64,000 bases of DNA from Acutalibacteraceae bacterium (lineage in GTDB: Bacteria > Bacillota > Clostridia > Oscillospirales > Acutalibacteraceae). The stretch covers positions 10,674 through 74,673 of the forward strand of contig JAZRSW010000029.1 of NCBI GenBank assembly GCA_045651745.1. The letters run 5' to 3'. Position 1 is the first letter of the stretch, and every line of letters begins with the position of its first letter. The notes under the pieces were generated by a model. The model was not told the DNA's origin, did not search any database, and saw only the letters and a program-made list of their open reading frames with translations. Position numbers and translations under genes: made by a program. Below, piece after piece: positions 16,302-26,644 of the stretch.

Positions 16302-17481
16302 CTAAAAACGTCTTCTCTATATTTTTTATAGTTGTTTGTTTGTCAACAAAATTCAATGCCGATTCTTCGCCCAATTTTTTTAGCAACTGAGCATCATCTA
16401 AAAGTTGTTTTACTGCTTTATAGATGCTCTCACTGTCACGATTTATAACCAACCCGTTTTTACCGTCGGCAATCATTTCCAAATTGCCTTTAATACCTGT
16501 GCAAACAACCGCTTTTTTAAACAGTTTTTCTTCATAAATTACAAGACTTAACCCTTCATAACTTGAAGGTTGAACGCAAATTGATGCACTGTTTATATAG
16601 GTATACGGATTTGCTTTGTTGCCCAACAAAATAAAGTTGTTTTCTAAACTATATTGTTTTATTAATTCTTCAAGTTGGGGTCGTTGCGGGCCGTCACCGC
16701 ATATATACCACTTGACATTATAACCATCATCAACAAGCCTTCTGCAAGGCTCTACACACAAGTGAAAACCTTTTAATTCAACCAACCTGCCCACCAAAAC
16801 GATATTAACCGTGGTTTTGTCCATCTCATTTGGTTCCCGACTCAAAAGTTCAAGACGTTCAAAATCAAACAACGACGGCAGGGTGAAAACCTTTATTTTA
16901 TCCTTAAATTCGGGATAAAGTTCGACTAAAGAGTTTTTTGAATTTCTAGACACTGTGCAAATATTTTTTGCAACCGAAAAAGCCATTTTATCAAGTTTTC
17001 GGTTGGAATTTATTTCTTTAATATCTGTATGCACCCACACGTTTTTCACTTTGGCATTGACGCAATCGGCAACATAATAACCCGCACTGCCCTCTGCGAA
17101 GCCAATTGCGACGTCATAAGTTTTGTCAATTTTCAGCATAGTCTTTTTTTGAAAATGCCAATCAGTTTTACTTAATCCCTTTATGCCAAGTCTTGCTTTC
17201 AAAAATCTGAATAATCTGTAAAAAGCCAAGCCAAACTTTTTCTGCTTAATCAACGTTTTTATTGCTTTAGAAATAGGTTGATTGAAAACAGTACTGAAAT
17301 ATGGTGAGTCTGGCAATAAATTCACATTCTTATTCAATTGTGGTACTAAATCTCTGCCATCACTAAACAAATATAAATCGACATTATATTTTGAATAGTC
17401 CAGATTATTGCACAAATCTATAAGAGTTTTTTCAAGACCACCGGTTGCAAGGCTATCTGAAACAATTAAAAGATTTTTCAT
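16294..17481 (-). CDS. Glycosyltransferase, GT4 family (GT-B)
   Basis: MKNLLIVSDSLATGGLEKTLIDL N-terminus. C-terminal PSSYEGLSLVIYEE (E-x7-E type). Confidence 0.75.
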   Translation of the reverse strand: MKNLLIVSDSLATGGLEKTLIDLCNNLDYSKYNVDLYLFSDGRDLVPQLNKNVNLLPDSPYFSTVFNQPISKAIKTLIKQKKFGLAFYRLFRFLKARLGIKGLSKTDWHFQKKTMLKIDKTYDVAIGFAEGSAGYYVADCVNAKVKNVWVHTDIKEINSNRKLDKMAFSVAKNICTVSRNSKNSLVELYPEFKDKIKVFTLPSLFDFERLELLSREPNEMDKTTVNIVLVGRLVELKGFHLCVEPCRRLVDDGYNVKWYICGDGPQRPQLEELIKQYSLENNFILLGNKANPYTYINSASICVQPSSYEGLSLVIYEEKLFKKAVVCTGIKGNLEMIADGKNGLVINRDSESIYKAVKQLLDDAQLLKKLGEESALNFVDKQTTIKNIEKTFLDE

Positions 17482-18404
17482 TACTTTTCTATCTCTTTTC
17501 TCATGTCGTCAATCATATCCATGAGTTCGTCTGAAATGCCGGGAACGACTTTTCGGCAAAACATATATCCGCTACCTTTGAGTTCATCGAAATTCTCTTT
17601 TGTATAAATGGATGTGTCAACATCGTAATTATGATAGTGCAAAGGTGCCCAACCAAAATGCTCCGTGATTTCGTGTTCCTCGCCGTTTTGAACTGTATTT
17701 TTTCTCAAAGGCGAATTGAAAATAACAGTCTGCCAATAAACTTCGACTGCTGCATGTACTCTTTTCATAACCTTATTAAATTTTTTATCATTCAAATATG
17801 TATCGAGAATAAGTTTTGTTCCTTTTCTAGTAAATGCTGACAACATCTGTCCAAAATAAGGTTCAACCAGCGTATTATTCAAAGGCACTTTTATTTCCTT
17901 TTTAGTATAATACTTGGTTACTGTACGATACATAAAACTTCTGTAACATTTACTTAAAAACTTGCTGTTTATAAAGAAATCAAAATACCACTTTTTTAAA
18001 ATCTTATTTTTGTCAGTAGGAATTGTGGAATTAATTATGTTATAAGCCATAACATATTCTGTTTCCTTGTTTTTCTCAAATGTATCTAATATTTCCCTAT
18101 TTGTCATCAGTGGATAGTCTTGTCCTGTCAGCATAACAAATCTGTCATATTTTTTGTCAGAGTTATATGCATCTAAAAAGCCTTGCATATAACCATCTAT
18201 CATAGAAAAACCAGCCCACCATACACTATAACGCCTCGAGGCAAAGAAAACGTATTCATATTCTTTTAATTCTTTTTCAAAGGGTAAAATATCTGATTTT
18301 TTATCCACGTGAATATAAAAATCGCCGGTTTCCTTAATAGAGCCCACCAGTCTCTTTATTTGTTTCGGGTCCTTATGTACTAAAATTATGTATGCTATTT
18401 TCAT
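17481..18404 (-). CDS. GT14-like (Core-2/I-branching, 'Branch' domain) glycosyltransferase
   Basis: MKIAYIILVHKDPKQIKRLVGSI... is typical of Branch/GT14-like proteins. TAATG start/stop overlaps on both sides. Confidence 0.6.
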   Translation of the reverse strand: MKIAYIILVHKDPKQIKRLVGSIKETGDFYIHVDKKSDILPFEKELKEYEYVFFASRRYSVWWAGFSMIDGYMQGFLDAYNSDKKYDRFVMLTGQDYPLMTNREILDTFEKNKETEYVMAYNIINSTIPTDKNKILKKWYFDFFINSKFLSKCYRSFMYRTVTKYYTKKEIKVPLNNTLVEPYFGQMLSAFTRKGTKLILDTYLNDKKFNKVMKRVHAAVEVYWQTVIFNSPLRKNTVQNGEEHEITEHFGWAPLHYHNYDVDTSIYTKENFDELKGSGYMFCRKVVPGISDELMDMIDDMRKEIEK

Positions 18405-19381
18405 TATTTATCACCACTGCTTTTTATTACATATAATGCTCTTGTTATTCTTATCGATAATGCGGATATACATAGCATAATTTTTTCTTTTTTTGTTAAA
18501 TATGGATTTGATAAAACTAAACTTATGTTTCTTTGTATATCTTTTTTATATTGTAAAAATTCTCTTTTAAACTTTACTCTTTCGTTTTTACAAGACGAAA
18601 TAAATAACAAATAGTATGCCTTAAACAAAAAGAAATCCTGTTCTTTTTTATAATCAAATTCGTCCGCCGATAAAAATTCAACCGACCTTTCGAAAAAATA
18701 TATTGCATCTAAATATATACTTCCGCCACCTGCTCTCGTAACACTTCCGTCACTCAAAATACAGTTATAAAACGGATAATTATATATGGCTGTTCCTTTT
18801 GTTTTTTTCAAAAGTTCAATAGTAAAATAAAAGTCTTCTACCCGTCTACCTTCAGGTATTTTTATTCCTTCAATATATTCGGCTTTCGTGACACGAACAG
18901 CCAGACTGACGTTACCTTTGTGAACAAAAACATTTTTTATGGCGTCTGCTTCAGTAATGACCGTAAGTTTTCTATCATCTTTTTCAGGTTCGACTATATT
19001 ACCTTCCAAATCATACACGTTTGCCAAACATTCAATTGTCGAAAGTTTGTTTTCTTCCATAACGGAAATCAAGGTTTCATACATGTCGCAGTTAATATAA
19101 TCATCAGAATCACAAAAGCCTATGTATTTACCTTCTGCTAAATCCAATCCCGCGTTTCTTGCAGATGCAGCGCCGCCGTTTTCTTTGTGAATAACCTTAA
19201 CTCTGGCATCCTTTCTTGCACATTCATCACAAATAGCCCCGCTATTATCGGGTGAACCGTCATCAACCAAAATCAATTCCAAATCTTTAAGTGTCTGATT
19301 CAAAATACTGTTTACACATCTATGTATATATTTTTCAGCCTTGTATACAGGAACGATAACCGATAATAAAGGTCTTGCCAA
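18404..19381 (-). CDS. Glycosyltransferase, GT2 family
   Basis: LSVIVPVYKAEKYIHRCVNSILNQTLKDLELILVDDGSPDNS. The ORF-track start at 19396 is TTG. A second TTG at 19381 sits 7 nt after GGAGGA and gives MARPLLSVIVPVY, which is preferred. Confidence 0.8.
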   Translation of the reverse strand: MARPLLSVIVPVYKAEKYIHRCVNSILNQTLKDLELILVDDGSPDNSGAICDECARKDARVKVIHKENGGAASARNAGLDLAEGKYIGFCDSDDYINCDMYETLISVMEENKLSTIECLANVYDLEGNIVEPEKDDRKLTVITEADAIKNVFVHKGNVSLAVRVTKAEYIEGIKIPEGRRVEDFYFTIELLKKTKGTAIYNYPFYNCILSDGSVTRAGGGSIYLDAIYFFERSVEFLSADEFDYKKEQDFFLFKAYYLLFISSCKNERVKFKREFLQYKKDIQRNISLVLSNPYLTKKEKIMLCISALSIRITRALYVIKSSGDK

Positions 19382-19396
19382 AATTAAATCCTCCAA

Positions 19397-20512
19397 TTAA
19401 AACCAATTGTTTTTTAATATTCCTACTGAACTAAATACGCCTGAATCACATGGCGTTATTTTATTGCTGTCATAAAATTCATTTACACCGTTAAGGAAGC
19501 GTTCAACTGCCGTTTTATAATCATAACAAGCAATTGTTTCTTTGGCTTTTACACCTAAAACAGTCGCTTTTTGATTATTAGTCAACAGCTCTTTAACGGC
19601 TTTATATGCATTTTTGTTGTTGCCATATTTGTAAACCATGCCGTTTTCGTTATGCGTAATTAAAAACGGCACAGAACCGATGGCACTACTTGCAACTACT
19701 GCACAACCATTAGACATTGATTCGTTCAGCACTGCTCCCCATCCCTCATTAAAGTCGCTGGTGAACATATAAATACTGCTTCTTTGCATTATCTCTAAAA
19801 CTTCATTATGGGTTTTAGAACCTAAAAATTCTACGCAATCATCCAACTTATATTTGTTTTTTAACACAGTTAATCGCTCTTTTTGAGGGCCGTCTCCAAC
19901 AATATTAACCTTAAATTCAAACCCATCACGCTTTAAAAGTTTTGCTGTTTCAATTACAGTTTCTACATGCTTTAATTTTAACAACCTGCCAGCATAAAGA
20001 ATGGTATTCTGCTCTTTCTTTGAATCGCCACTGATTTCACATTCCGGAAAATATCCCCATTTGAAAATTTTGCTGATATTAAAACCGAAAACCGATAAAT
20101 CATACGGCAAAAAAGCCGATGCAGCTAACACATATAAATTTTTATCTTTATGATTTAAATATCTGGACTTGAGCATTCTGAAATTGCGCGGTCTTAAGCA
20201 TCGCAAAATACCCTTTTTGAAAATTCTCTCAGAATATATAAATGAGAGCTTATTTTCTTTCATTCTTAACTCAACCAAACTATCAGGACAGGCACCGAAA
20301 ATAACCGCATCCGCAGAAACAATTTCCTTTTCTGCTCTATTTTTATCAATTCTATAGTCAATTACATAATTTCGCACTTCGGTTATCTGATAACCTTGGT
20401 TGCTTCCATTATCTGTTGCTATAAAATAGAATTCATCGGACTTCGCCAAAAATTCTTCACAAATTGGAATTTGATGGTGATTCAAAAAATTAGAAACGAA
20501 AACAGTCTTCAT
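19397..20512 (-). CDS. Glycosyltransferase, GT4/GT1-type (GT-B)
   Basis: C-terminal Glycos_transf_1-like region (IYMFTSDFNEGWGAVLNESMSNGCAVVAS). Confidence 0.7.
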   Translation of the reverse strand: MKTVFVSNFLNHHQIPICEEFLAKSDEFYFIATDNGSNQGYQITEVRNYVIDYRIDKNRAEKEIVSADAVIFGACPDSLVELRMKENKLSFIYSERIFKKGILRCLRPRNFRMLKSRYLNHKDKNLYVLAASAFLPYDLSVFGFNISKIFKWGYFPECEISGDSKKEQNTILYAGRLLKLKHVETVIETAKLLKRDGFEFKVNIVGDGPQKERLTVLKNKYKLDDCVEFLGSKTHNEVLEIMQRSSIYMFTSDFNEGWGAVLNESMSNGCAVVASSAIGSVPFLITHNENGMVYKYGNNKNAYKAVKELLTNNQKATVLGVKAKETIACYDYKTAVERFLNGVNEFYDSNKITPCDSGVFSSVGILKNNWF

Positions 20513-20521
20513 AATCTACAC

Positions 20522-21544
20522 CTAAAAGCAAAACGCATAATTATGTCCCATTGCTCGATATGCAAAAAGTGCGAATGTTAAAACAATAGCTCCCAGTTCA
20601 ATAAATACGCGGTTTTCTTTATTCTCAACTGAATCCAACGATTCGCAAAAAATAATGGGGATTGCATTTAAAAAGTACATACTGGGCCTTTCGGCAGTTC
20701 GTCCAACCAGTCTAAATACCCAAATAACCATGCACATAATACCGGTATTCATAACAACCCGTTCTTTTAGTCCGTTCATCCAGTGCTTTTTTGTTGCTAA
20801 CGCTAAAATTAAGATTATCAAAAGAATGACAAAGAATATTCCGCCGTTATCAATCTCTTCAACCCCGTAGTTATAATCCAAAACTTCATTCGCAAGCATA
20901 AGTAGTTTTTCATAACTAAAATATGCCAATATTGTAACGACTATTGTAAGCAACATATTTTTGACATCCACACGTCTTGTGCCTAGGAAATACATCGGAA
21001 GGAAAATGTACGCCGAGTGATGAAGTTGTGCGGCAAGCAGCACTAAAAACACAAAAGGTATGATTTTCCGCTTTTGAATAAACCTCATAGAGAGTAAACA
21101 AAGGCTCATTGCCATTGCTTGACGCATACCGGTAATGATGAAAAACAAATTACCTATTGTAACATAAAAATACAATGCCAACAACGGACGCTTTGTATTA
21201 CGCCAGCACAAATCAAACACACCTATCAATGAGATAAATGCTGTTATCAGTTTAAATACAACACCTGAATCGGTAATGCACCTAATAAGCTTTTTGAAAT
21301 AATGAAAACCATAATCGCGATTGGTTGTGGACGGTATATCAGCCCAAGCTATTTCATCTATGTTTTGAAAATTTCTTATATAGCCAATAGTATCGACTCC
21401 GGTAGTATCCGACCTTAAGCCGACAAACAGCCAAAGCCCAACGCATCCTAATACAAATATCCACTTTTTATATTTTGGAACAGCTGTATTATATAAAAAA
21501 TACAAAACCAGTTCGAAAACCGCAATTCCTAAATAATAAAGCAT
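20522..21544 (-). CDS. EpsG-family membrane protein (Wzy-type repeat-unit polymerase candidate)
   Basis: 340 aa with about 10 TM segments. DTIGYIRNF and FFIITGMRQAMAMSL motifs are typical of EpsG/O-antigen polymerase-like proteins. Confidence 0.65.
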   Translation of the reverse strand: MLYYLGIAVFELVLYFLYNTAVPKYKKWIFVLGCVGLWLFVGLRSDTTGVDTIGYIRNFQNIDEIAWADIPSTTNRDYGFHYFKKLIRCITDSGVVFKLITAFISLIGVFDLCWRNTKRPLLALYFYVTIGNLFFIITGMRQAMAMSLCLLSMRFIQKRKIIPFVFLVLLAAQLHHSAYIFLPMYFLGTRRVDVKNMLLTIVVTILAYFSYEKLLMLANEVLDYNYGVEEIDNGGIFFVILLIILILALATKKHWMNGLKERVVMNTGIMCMVIWVFRLVGRTAERPSMYFLNAIPIIFCESLDSVENKENRVFIELGAIVLTFALFAYRAMGHNYAFCF

Positions 21545-21567
21545 AACTTAACTCTCTTTACTAAATT

Positions 21568-21770
21568 TTATAATGGTTATGATTAGTCGAAACATATCTG
21601 TTTCGATACAAAATCATTAACTTTGTGTCGAATTTTTAATAAAACTTTGGTGCTATACATTGCAATGATGTAGAAAAGCAATCGAATTTTACGAAATTTG
21701 CTTGCTTAAAAGCCGATTTATCAGCTTTCGTGGAAACGTTTAGCATTTCCCCCGTTTACAATCATTATAA
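21568..21770. repeat. Second, diverged copy (E2) of the hairpin-rich element, inside the operon
   Basis: Shares ordered blocks with E1: TTATAAyGGTTAT..AGTCGAAA+hairpin+TTTCGAyAC, TTGCAATGA, AAAAGCCGATwTAATCrGCTT, GGAAACGyTT and ATCATTATAA. Its right end overlaps the last ~30 nt of CDS 21740-22942. Confidence 0.65.
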
Positions 21771-22942
21771 ACTTTCAAATATTTATTGTAGCAACTGTTT
21801 TTATCGAATTTTTTGTGCGCTGATGAAATATCAATCATTAACGGTTGCTCTTTTAGTTTATTGAGTTTGGCCAATAAATCATCAACGTCGTTTTCCTTAA
21901 CAACAAATCCGCTTCCCTCATCGACAAGTTCGGGCGAACCGCAACAGTTATAGGTTATAACCGGCGTTCCCGATGCAATACTTTCCATATTTACCGTCGG
22001 CAAAGTGTCTGCGTGAGTCAAATTAACAAAAACATCACTGCTTGCGTAAATGTCGGCGAGTTCGTTTCTATCCTTAATGTATCCAAGAGTTAAAACGTTG
22101 TCATAACCATCAAACATTTGCTTATGAAACTCTTTACAACCAACAATAACGATTTTGCTGTCCTTGTTATTTCCAATTATTCTTTGTACGGCGGTTCGGT
22201 TTGCTTCCGAACACCACTTGTCCGCCATGCCCATTATCACAAATTTATCATCCAAGCCATTTTGTCCCCTAAAAGAACTTTCATGGGGTTTGAAAATTTC
22301 GGTATCCACACCATTATAAATTACTGTGATATTTTTAGGCTTAAGCAAAGAATTTTCAACCTCGCCTTTTATCCACTCACTGCAAGCGACCAACGTTAAA
22401 TCTTTAATTTTGTTTAAATGCTCTATTTTGTCTTTAAGCACTTTGGATGTTACATCAAAAAACAAACTCGGTTGTTCACATTTGTTTTGCGGACAGCTTC
22501 CGCAGGACGACCGCCACTTGTCACACCCAACCGCCACGTAATGCGAACACTTTCCGGTAAAACACCAGCAATCGTGCAAAGTGTAAACCGTTTTAATGTT
22601 TTTTTCTGCCAAATAATCACACAACATATTAAGATTTATGTAATTACTGTGAAGGTTATGTAAATGCACCGCGTCAGGTCGAATTTTATCGATATATTTC
22701 AATAATCTTTTAGTAGCAATTTTACTGAAATATGCCTGCTTTCCAAAAACGCGGGCCAATACCGCATGAAATTTCCAATCTAATTTATTGCCGATTTTAT
22801 ATGAATTTTCAGGAGGGTCTAAGGCAGTCTGATAAGCCACAAAAGCAGTATGGCCATTGTCATTTAAAAGATTTTCTATGTCTTTTACAATAACGCCGGT
22901 ACTTTTGAAACCATATACTGCATTGATTTGTAAAACTTTCAT
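21740..22942 (-). CDS. Glycosyltransferase, GT4 family
   Basis: MKVLQINAVYGFKSTGVIVKDIENLL N-terminus and a GT-B C-terminal half. RBS AAAGGAGGG. Confidence 0.7.
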   Translation of the reverse strand: MKVLQINAVYGFKSTGVIVKDIENLLNDNGHTAFVAYQTALDPPENSYKIGNKLDWKFHAVLARVFGKQAYFSKIATKRLLKYIDKIRPDAVHLHNLHSNYINLNMLCDYLAEKNIKTVYTLHDCWCFTGKCSHYVAVGCDKWRSSCGSCPQNKCEQPSLFFDVTSKVLKDKIEHLNKIKDLTLVACSEWIKGEVENSLLKPKNITVIYNGVDTEIFKPHESSFRGQNGLDDKFVIMGMADKWCSEANRTAVQRIIGNNKDSKIVIVGCKEFHKQMFDGYDNVLTLGYIKDRNELADIYASSDVFVNLTHADTLPTVNMESIASGTPVITYNCCGSPELVDEGSGFVVKENDVDDLLAKLNKLKEQPLMIDISSAHKKFDKNSCYNKYLKVYNDCKRGKC

Positions 22943-22959
22943 CCTACGCGCCCTCCTTT

Positions 22960-24249
22960 CTAATATTTTAATAAATTGTTTAAGTCTTGCTTCACCATAT
23001 TTTGCATAATGGGTTTATGATGATGTTTTTTGCCACTTTCCCAACCTTTTTCAGCATAACTTTTAAGCAACTCCCGATTATTATAAAGTTTCAGAAGTTC
23101 TGTTTCTATCTCTTCTTTTTTAGTGGCAACTGCACCACATTTGTTCTCTATGAAATACTGAATTGAAGCGCAGTAATCATCACCAATTGCAAGAATACAA
23201 CGGTTTATTTCAAGATAATCAACAATCTTTGTGGAAAAAGACTGATGAACTGCTAATTTTTCTTTTAAACTAAAGCCCTCACAATGAAGAAGAATATCCG
23301 AATTCTTTTGAATTTCACGAATTTTTGTATAACTTACCGGCGGATAAAGATGAACCGACTCGGTTAACAAAACTCTTTTTTGTTTTTTTGTCAGCGGCGT
23401 CATCGTATATATGCTCAATTCAAACTTCTTACTGTCACTATTTATTTTCTCAATAGCCTTTGCAAGTTCAGAAAGAATTTCGTATCGCCCGCTGCTTATA
23501 TTCCCTGCATAAACAATTTTAAGGACTTCCTTTGGCTCCTTAAAATCCGGTTTTCTTTCATCAGAAAAATCCGCACATTTAGTCAATACCTTGCAAGGCG
23601 GGGTGAAAATTTTTTCATATTCCCGTTTCTGAACATTGGAAATTACATACAAAACCTCGCACTGCTCAATGGTTCGCTTTACCTTTCTTCTTGTGTAAAG
23701 TCTACTAATCCAATATAACAGAGAAAAAGAAAACTGTTTTAAGGTATAACAATCGTCGGAAATATATCCTATCATAGGAACATTTGTGTGTTTTTTTATG
23801 AATTTGACAATATCGTTAAGATATGTTGAAAAATATATCGGCTGAAAAATCAAATCAGGCTTAAAATCATCAATAAAATTGATAAGTTCTCGCGATTTCC
23901 AACGACCCATCGCCCAAAGAAGATTCTGCATCCAGAATAAAATTCTCCAACGTCTCTTTGCGCCAAAAGTTCTTGCCTTTATATTTTCAGAAAAAGTTTT
24001 ATCGATTTTTTCAGTTACATTAAGATTAATTTCTATACCCGTAGGAACAGATTTATTAAATAAATTTTTAATCAATGCCTTTTCAGTAATCTGAAAATAA
24101 CGTTTTACCACATAACTTGTTGGCACACCCGGTCTACATGCAATATTGGCAACCTCTATATCATCTATTCCCTCAAATATATTGGAAAATGTATTGCCAA
24201 AACTATTGTCATTTGACCAAGGTGTTGAAGATAAAACTAAAATCCTCAT
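22960..24249 (-). CDS. Uncharacterised GT-B-fold-like protein (putative glycosyltransferase)
   Basis: MRILVLSSTPWSNDNSFGNTFSNIF N-terminus. The C-terminal half resembles a GT-B nucleotide-sugar-binding half (IVYAGNISSGRYE...LLHCEGFS...STKIVDYL). No firm family call is possible by eye. Confidence 0.4.
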   Translation of the reverse strand: MRILVLSSTPWSNDNSFGNTFSNIFEGIDDIEVANIACRPGVPTSYVVKRYFQITEKALIKNLFNKSVPTGIEINLNVTEKIDKTFSENIKARTFGAKRRWRILFWMQNLLWAMGRWKSRELINFIDDFKPDLIFQPIYFSTYLNDIVKFIKKHTNVPMIGYISDDCYTLKQFSFSLLYWISRLYTRRKVKRTIEQCEVLYVISNVQKREYEKIFTPPCKVLTKCADFSDERKPDFKEPKEVLKIVYAGNISSGRYEILSELAKAIEKINSDSKKFELSIYTMTPLTKKQKRVLLTESVHLYPPVSYTKIREIQKNSDILLHCEGFSLKEKLAVHQSFSTKIVDYLEINRCILAIGDDYCASIQYFIENKCGAVATKKEEIETELLKLYNNRELLKSYAEKGWESGKKHHHKPIMQNMVKQDLNNLLKY

Positions 24250-24251
24250 AT

Positions 24252-25283
24252 TTAACGACCTCTGTTATTTAAATAAAATCCTAAAACTTTTGCCATTAAG
24301 GTGTATCCACCTATACAATAAATGTAGGATGCCAGTTTCACCTTTTTATTTAAAGTATATTTCGTAATGTTCCCCTTGCAAAGCGCCTTGACTCTTGAAA
24401 GAATTTGTTTTCTCTGGATTTTTGACAACTTCACCTTAAAAGCAAGAGCAGAAGCAATAAGACATTGATATATAAGATAGCTCATCAGGGGACTTTTTAC
24501 TTCTTCATCGCAATTTTTTAAATGTTCATAGCTTTTTTCAAGCATCCAACAATAATCGCAAAGATGTTTATAATCGATTGTAGCAGTAACAGACCCTTCT
24601 CGTTGAGCTCTATAAACATATAAATATTCATCAATAAATGACCATTTTGGTTCGTGAATATAAAGATGCATTGCCCATTCTAAATCTTCTGTCCTTTTAC
24701 CCACAACAAAATAAACATCATTATTAACGACAAAATCTCTTGAAATTGCCATTGAGGAGGCGGAGATTTTTAAATTTCCATTTAAAACAAGTTTCTTAAG
24801 TATATCTCTTGTTTCATATCCGTTATATTGGGAATAATGTCTCTCTGTTCCAAGCACAATTCCCTGTTCGCTGTTGTATATATCAGCCTGTCCAAATTGA
24901 ACTATATGAGCACTATATGCTTCAATTGTGTCATTAATCTTTGTTAAGACTTTATTTGTGGTCCAAAAATCATCACTGTCAACAAATACAAGGTAATCTC
25001 CACCCGCTTCTTTTATTCCCACATTTCTTGCATCTGACGCACCGCCATTTGGCTTATGTATAACTCTTACTCGACTGTCTTTTTCTGCATATTCGTCACA
25101 AATTGCAGGGCTGTTATCCAATGAACCATCATCAACAAGAATTATTTCAAAATCATCATAATCTTGCCCTAAAATACTATCAACGCATTCGTTAAGATAA
25201 CTTTCAACATTATAAACAGGAACAATTACACTGAATCTCACTGATTTCTCTCCTATGACAACTCTGCTTTTATTTAAAAGCAT
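24252..25283 (-). CDS. Glycosyltransferase, GT2 family
   Basis: FSVIVPVYNVESYLNECVDSILGQDYDDFEIILVDDGSLDNS. Alternative GTG start at 25241 lies 6 nt after GGAGAG. Confidence 0.8.
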   Translation of the reverse strand: MLLNKSRVVIGEKSVRFSVIVPVYNVESYLNECVDSILGQDYDDFEIILVDDGSLDNSPAICDEYAEKDSRVRVIHKPNGGASDARNVGIKEAGGDYLVFVDSDDFWTTNKVLTKINDTIEAYSAHIVQFGQADIYNSEQGIVLGTERHYSQYNGYETRDILKKLVLNGNLKISASSMAISRDFVVNNDVYFVVGKRTEDLEWAMHLYIHEPKWSFIDEYLYVYRAQREGSVTATIDYKHLCDYCWMLEKSYEHLKNCDEEVKSPLMSYLIYQCLIASALAFKVKLSKIQRKQILSRVKALCKGNITKYTLNKKVKLASYIYCIGGYTLMAKVLGFYLNNRGR

Positions 25284-26625
25284 TGTTTATAATAAATCTA
25301 AATTTCCCGCTTTTGTCTTTTGCTATTTCATCAACAACGTGAACGCGGACATCCATTTTGCTACCTAATGTATAATGTAGCTTGTCAATGATAATCTGAT
25401 TCATATCCTCGGTATATGAAGAATCTGCCTCAACATAGACATCAATTGAGGTGAAATCATTCTGAACAAATTGCATCGCTTTAACGCTATTGAGAAAATC
25501 ACCGCTGACTAACGAGAGATATACTGCTGTTACCTTTTCTTTATTCTGCGTATACACAAAATCAAGTGTTCGCCCTTCAATACGCTCAACAATCGGCATT
25601 GCACACCCACAATCACATTCGGTTGCAATTGATAAAAATGCTTTATCCCCTATTCTGTAACGGATTAAAGGTGTTCCATGTGTTTCAAAGCAAGTAACAA
25701 GCATTTCATTATTTTCATCGAACTCAATTACACCAGTATTCATGCAATAATGTAATTTTCCGCACTTACATTCCGTGATAAACGGAGCGCCTTCACTTGA
25801 GGCATATTGGTCACGCACAGGACATTTGAATGCTTTTTCAATCAATGCCTTATAATGTGGATATAATGGCTCAGCTGTAGGGAAAATAGCAATCGGAGTA
25901 AATTTCAGCTGAATATTATTATCCAAAATATACTTTGCTACAGCATATATTGCTGATGGATATCCATCTAATGAATGTGGCTTATATTTATTGAGATTTT
26001 CTACAAAATATTTTACATTTTCACCTTTACAATGGAACCCGGAATAAATACGCTGACGCACAGAGATATTATCACGCCAGAAAACCTTAGATTTCTGATT
26101 TGGTGGAATAACCTTTGCCGATGTGAAGGATGCTTTTTTCATTTTTCTATGTTCAAAGCCGTGTTGTAATTTGAAATGGTCAAGATATGCCATTCTTCTT
26201 TGCATATCTGATTTTTTATAATAGAACTTAATGGATTTTCCTGTTGTTCCGCTTGTGTTTGAAACTAAAGCCTCGTTTTCAGAAATTGTATACATTTTAT
26301 CTATGTTTTCTCGCACGATTTCTTTTGGGAGAACAGGGAGTTTTTTTAAATCTTCCACTGTATTGATGGATGCAATGTCAATTCCTTTGTAAAATTGCTT
26401 ATAAAATTCACTGTTTTCACAGGCATAATTTACAAGCTCTTTTACTCTGTTATTCTGATATTCTTTTATAAGCTCACTGTTTGCATAATCAAAGCTGTTA
26501 TATTCCTGCAAAGCGTCATTATATTCACCTGAATATCTTGAAATAGTATTTAAGATACCTTGAAGTGATGTGAATATATTTTGTAAGAATATCGGTGATT
26601 TACAATAAATATCCATTAAATTCAT
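25270..26625 (-). CDS. Adenylate-forming enzyme of the PaaK / F390-synthetase family ('CapK'-type)
   Basis: 451 aa. SNTSGTTGKSIKFYY matches the AMP-binding P-loop-like motif (SSGTTGKP type). RBS AGAGGAA. Confidence 0.7.
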   Translation of the reverse strand: MNLMDIYCKSPIFLQNIFTSLQGILNTISRYSGEYNDALQEYNSFDYANSELIKEYQNNRVKELVNYACENSEFYKQFYKGIDIASINTVEDLKKLPVLPKEIVRENIDKMYTISENEALVSNTSGTTGKSIKFYYKKSDMQRRMAYLDHFKLQHGFEHRKMKKASFTSAKVIPPNQKSKVFWRDNISVRQRIYSGFHCKGENVKYFVENLNKYKPHSLDGYPSAIYAVAKYILDNNIQLKFTPIAIFPTAEPLYPHYKALIEKAFKCPVRDQYASSEGAPFITECKCGKLHYCMNTGVIEFDENNEMLVTCFETHGTPLIRYRIGDKAFLSIATECDCGCAMPIVERIEGRTLDFVYTQNKEKVTAVYLSLVSGDFLNSVKAMQFVQNDFTSIDVYVEADSSYTEDMNQIIIDKLHYTLGSKMDVRVHVVDEIAKDKSGKFRFIINNAFK

Positions 26626-26644
26626 AAAGAATTCCTCTTTGAGT

